Shown piece by piece: positions 61,342-64,000 of a stretch of DNA of 64,000 nucleotides. Below the pieces are notes generated by a model, which did no database searches, was not told where the DNA came from, and saw nothing but the letters and a program-made list of their open reading frames with translations. The DNA lies in contig OZ242195.1 of assembly GCA_965205975.1 (NCBI GenBank), positions 192,001-256,000 on the forward strand, read 5' to 3'. The stretch's first letter is position 1; every line of letters starts with the position of its first letter. A program made the position numbers and the translations under genes. Origin of the DNA: Candidatus Latescibacterota bacterium (lineage in GTDB: Bacteria; Latescibacterota; UBA2968).

Positions 61342-61560
61342 ATGACTGAGCGCATTATATCAAGGCCAGCACAAGTTTCTGTTACCTGTGTTCAACTCCC
61401 CGGTCAAGAAATCGAACTGGCACGTGGTGAGATGGCGAATACATCAGGAGGATGCATTTTGCCAGGAGAAGATTTGTTTGAGCACGACCCACTTGAGCCT
61501 CTTGAAGATATTATTGATGATATCTGCGATACGGTGAGTGAATGGTGGGCTTCCTGGTAG
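61342..61560 (+). CDS. Putative RiPP/bacteriocin-like precursor 1 (double-glycine leader, 72 aa)
   Basis: AGGAGGT RBS; leader ending ELARGEMANTSGG; upstream of a C39 exporter. Confidence 0.75.
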   Translation: MTERIISRPAQVSVTCVQLPGQEIELARGEMANTSGGCILPGEDLFEHDPLEPLEDIIDDICDTVSEWWASW

Positions 61561-61662
61561 CAATCGCGCTACACTCCATAAGACGCTATTTCTGTTGCTC
61601 AGATGCTGGACGAAAACCATCTTTTTTGCTGGATCTTACAATTCATTTACCTGGAGGATATC

Positions 61663-62040
61663 ATGCATAATCGCGTAACTTCAGATTCAAATTCAGATGC
61701 TGTTTTTGCCTCTTGCACGATACTGCCTATCCATCAAACAACGCTCAATGTTGAAGAAATGGCGGGCATTGATGGCCTGGGAAGTGTGGCAGATGCTATT
61801 GATGCAGCGGTAGATTATATTTCTGATGTTGTTGATTCAGTAGGAGATTGTATTTCTGATTTTGTTGATTCGTTATATTTTTACCCCGAGGAGCCTGAGT
61901 ACCAATACAGGCCTGATCCATTTGCTCCTCCCCAACCTGATAGTACATTGAATATTATCACTCAGGAAATACATAAGTGTGACGGCCCGATTGTGTACAC
62001 ATCTTATGGGACTTGTTTGTGTCCGTCACAGGGGCCGTAG
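61663..62040 (+). CDS. Putative precursor 2 (homologous leader, 125 aa)
   Basis: GGAGG RBS; leader LNVEEMAGIDG aligns without gaps to precursor 1. Confidence 0.68.
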   Translation: MHNRVTSDSNSDAVFASCTILPIHQTTLNVEEMAGIDGLGSVADAIDAAVDYISDVVDSVGDCISDFVDSLYFYPEEPEYQYRPDPFAPPQPDSTLNIITQEIHKCDGPIVYTSYGTCLCPSQGP

Positions 62041-62179
62041 ATTCGTTGTGCATCAACCCGTCATTCCCGCACACGCACGCACAGTAATCCTGCTGTTCTT
62101 TTGGTACTTCTATGTGTCTGTGATGCTTGTGGCGTGTGCAGGAGTGGCGGCGTTATATGAGGCAGGACGGTTGGAGAAA

Positions 62180-64000
62180 ATGAATCTTTCGCTTTTTTTC
62201 GCCAAAAATTCAGTTCGGTCACAATCTGTTCGTTTTCCCTTTGGAAGTGTTGTTTTTCTACAGGGGCAAGCGGGAGAGGCGTTTTACATTGTGCAGTCTG
62301 GACGGTTGCGGGTGATGAAGCAGGATGCAAATGGCGATTCGGCCACTGTGGGCTATTTGTATGCGGGTGATCATTTTGGCGAAGGGGCATTGTTGCACAG
62401 GCAGGGACATCGGGCAACGGTACGAGCGGTTGAGGATGCTGATGTATTGCAAGTGCCGAAGGATGAGTTTTTTAAGGCTGTGAGAAAAAGTTCTGATGTC
62501 CGAACTTATCTTGAAGAGCAGATCGCGTGTATTGCGTATCGGGATTTTACGCGGTTTTTGAAAGGGGATGTTCCGGGCGAGGCGATGCGGGTGTTGTTCG
62601 CGCGGTTGAAGCGCGAGGCAGTTGGGGAGGGTGTGACCGTTGTTGAGCGAGGTCAGTTGGGGCAGCGATTTTATTTCATTGGCAGCGGTCAGTTGGAGGC
62701 TGTGTTAGAAAATGGGGATACGGTGGTTTTGCGCGCGGGTGATCATTTTGGCGATGGTAGAGATGATGAAGTGGTCATTCGCAGTCGGGGTGATAGCGTG
62801 CTTTTTTATATAGATAAAAGCGATTTTAATAAGTTAAAAGCTATGATACCGGGATTCGAGAAGGCGTTGGGGAGAGGCCGCATATCGCGTGGAGAACAGC
62901 GAACGAATGGAGCAGGGTTTAGACAGGCACGGGATGATCGGCAAGCCCTGTCCCCATCGGGGGGGCGAGAGGCTACACCGGTTGAGCAGTCTGTTATCCA
63001 AGAAGACACAGACGCCAATACGGCATCCAATTTGGTCAATATCAGAATAGACGGTGAAAAACCACAAGTGCCCACATGGTTTCGCTTCCCGTTTTTGAAG
63101 CAGCACGATCAATCGGATTGTGGCGCGGCGTGTTTGGGCATGATTTGCAAGTATTACAAGATGCCTATTGGATTGAACAGGCTGCGCGATATGTCCAATG
63201 TGTCGCGTTCTGGCACGTCGATGGCGGCGTTGGCCGAGGCTGCGGAAACCATAGGTTTTGTTACCCGCGGTGTGAGAACGGGGTATGAAGCTCTGATGCG
63301 TACAGAATTGCCGGCCATTCTCCATTGGGAAGGCAATCATTTTGTGGTCTTGTATCAGATTAATAAAAAGGAGGTGAAGATAGCAGATCCCGGCGTGGGT
63401 ATTCGCAAGTTGTCGCGGGCAGAGTTCGAGAAGGGCTGGACAAACAGGGCACTGTTGTTGGAATACACGGATCAGGTGGCAGAAAATGAACCGTCTCAGT
63501 CTTCTTTTAAGCGGTTTTTCCCGTTGGTAAGACCTTATACAGGCATTTTGATTGAGGTATTGCTGGCGTCTTTGGTGCTCAGTTTGTTCGGTCTGGCATC
63601 GCCCATTTTTATGCAGACGATTGTCGATCAGGTCTTAGTGCATCACGATAAGGATTTGTTGAATTTGATGCTGGTGGGTATGGTCGTTGTCGCGTTGTTC
63701 CAGATGGGCACATCGACGTTGCGCGTCTATTTAATCGGGTATATGAGTGCGCGGTTGAGCATTGCGATGTTGTCGCGTTTTTATCGGCATTTATTGGCGC
63801 TGTCCATGCAGTTTTTTGCTCTGCGGCGTACGGGCGATTTGACCACGCGGTTCAGAGAGAATGCAACGATTCAGCGTTTGTTGACGGGTGCGACGGTTTC
63901 TGCGGTTCTGGATTTTATCATGCTTTTTGTCTATCTGGGTCTGATGTTTTATTACAATGCGGAATTGACGCTGGTGATGCTGATATTTGTGCCGCTGTCT
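62180..64000 (+). CDS. Peptidase-containing ABC transporter: 2x cNMP-binding + C39 peptidase + ABC membrane domain (runs off window)
   Basis: Translated by hand (absent from ORF track, no stop seen): FYIVQSG..GDHFGE, FYFIGSG..GDHFGD, QHDQSDCGAAC, LHWEGNHFVVL, IADP, then TM helices. Confidence 0.92.
   Translation, partial: MNLSLFFAKNSVRSQSVRFPFGSVVFLQGQAGEAFYIVQSGRLRVMKQDANGDSATVGYLYAGDHFGEGALLHRQGHRATVRAVEDADVLQVPKDEFFKAVRKSSDVRTYLEEQIACIAYRDFTRFLKGDVPGEAMRVLFARLKREAVGEGVTVVERGQLGQRFYFIGSGQLEAVLENGDTVVLRAGDHFGDGRDDEVVIRSRGDSVLFYIDKSDFNKLKAMIPGFEKALGRGRISRGEQRTNGAGFRQARDDRQALSPSGGREATPVEQSVIQEDTDANTASNLVNIRIDGEKPQVPTWFRFPFLKQHDQSDCGAACLGMICKYYKMPIGLNRLRDMSNVSRSGTSMAALAEAAETIGFVTRGVRTGYEALMRTELPAILHWEGNHFVVLYQINKKEVKIADPGVGIRKLSRAEFEKGWTNRALLLEYTDQVAENEPSQSSFKRFFPLVRPYTGILIEVLLASLVLSLFGLASPIFMQTIVDQVLVHHDKDLLNLMLVGMVVVALFQMGTSTLRVYLIGYMSARLSIAMLSRFYRHLLALSMQFFALRRTGDLTTRFRENATIQRLLTGATVSAVLDFIMLFVYLGLMFYYNAELTLVMLIFVPLS

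Noticed and set aside
62806..63340. Short ORFs listed near the window end
   Set aside because: They overlap the true open frame of the C39 ABC transporter starting at 62180.

Overview
Bacterial chromosomal window of moderate GC. Several sulfatases, a BamA/TamA operon and GTAG-type REP repeats suggest an FCB-group or related diderm, but this is inference only. Housekeeping blocks (xth, tldD/pmbA, rsmB, sat, moaC/moeA, rng, rplU/rpmA, mdh, dapL, gdh, nadB, guaA, tRNA-Lys) surround two accessory regions. (1) A ~16 kb type I restriction-modification island (~14.0-30.0 kb) lies between convergent mdh and a PRA-PH/MazG-like gene. It carries three Schlafen/AlbA_2-ATPase genes, toxin-less TA remnants, an hsdR fused to a BrnA-like N-terminus, repeated 11-bp-phased TTGA/IHF-like spacer modules and a hairpin found three times at cassette borders. 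(2) Downstream of guaA is a candidate new RiPP locus: a sigma54-type promoter, two glycosyltransferases, two small acidic peptides whose double-glycine-type leaders align without gaps, and a cNMP-cNMP-C39 peptidase ABC exporter that runs off the window end. A lipoprotein fusing a branched-chain amino-acid binding domain to Cu/Zn SOD is also notable. All calls come from reading motifs by eye; no database searches were run.
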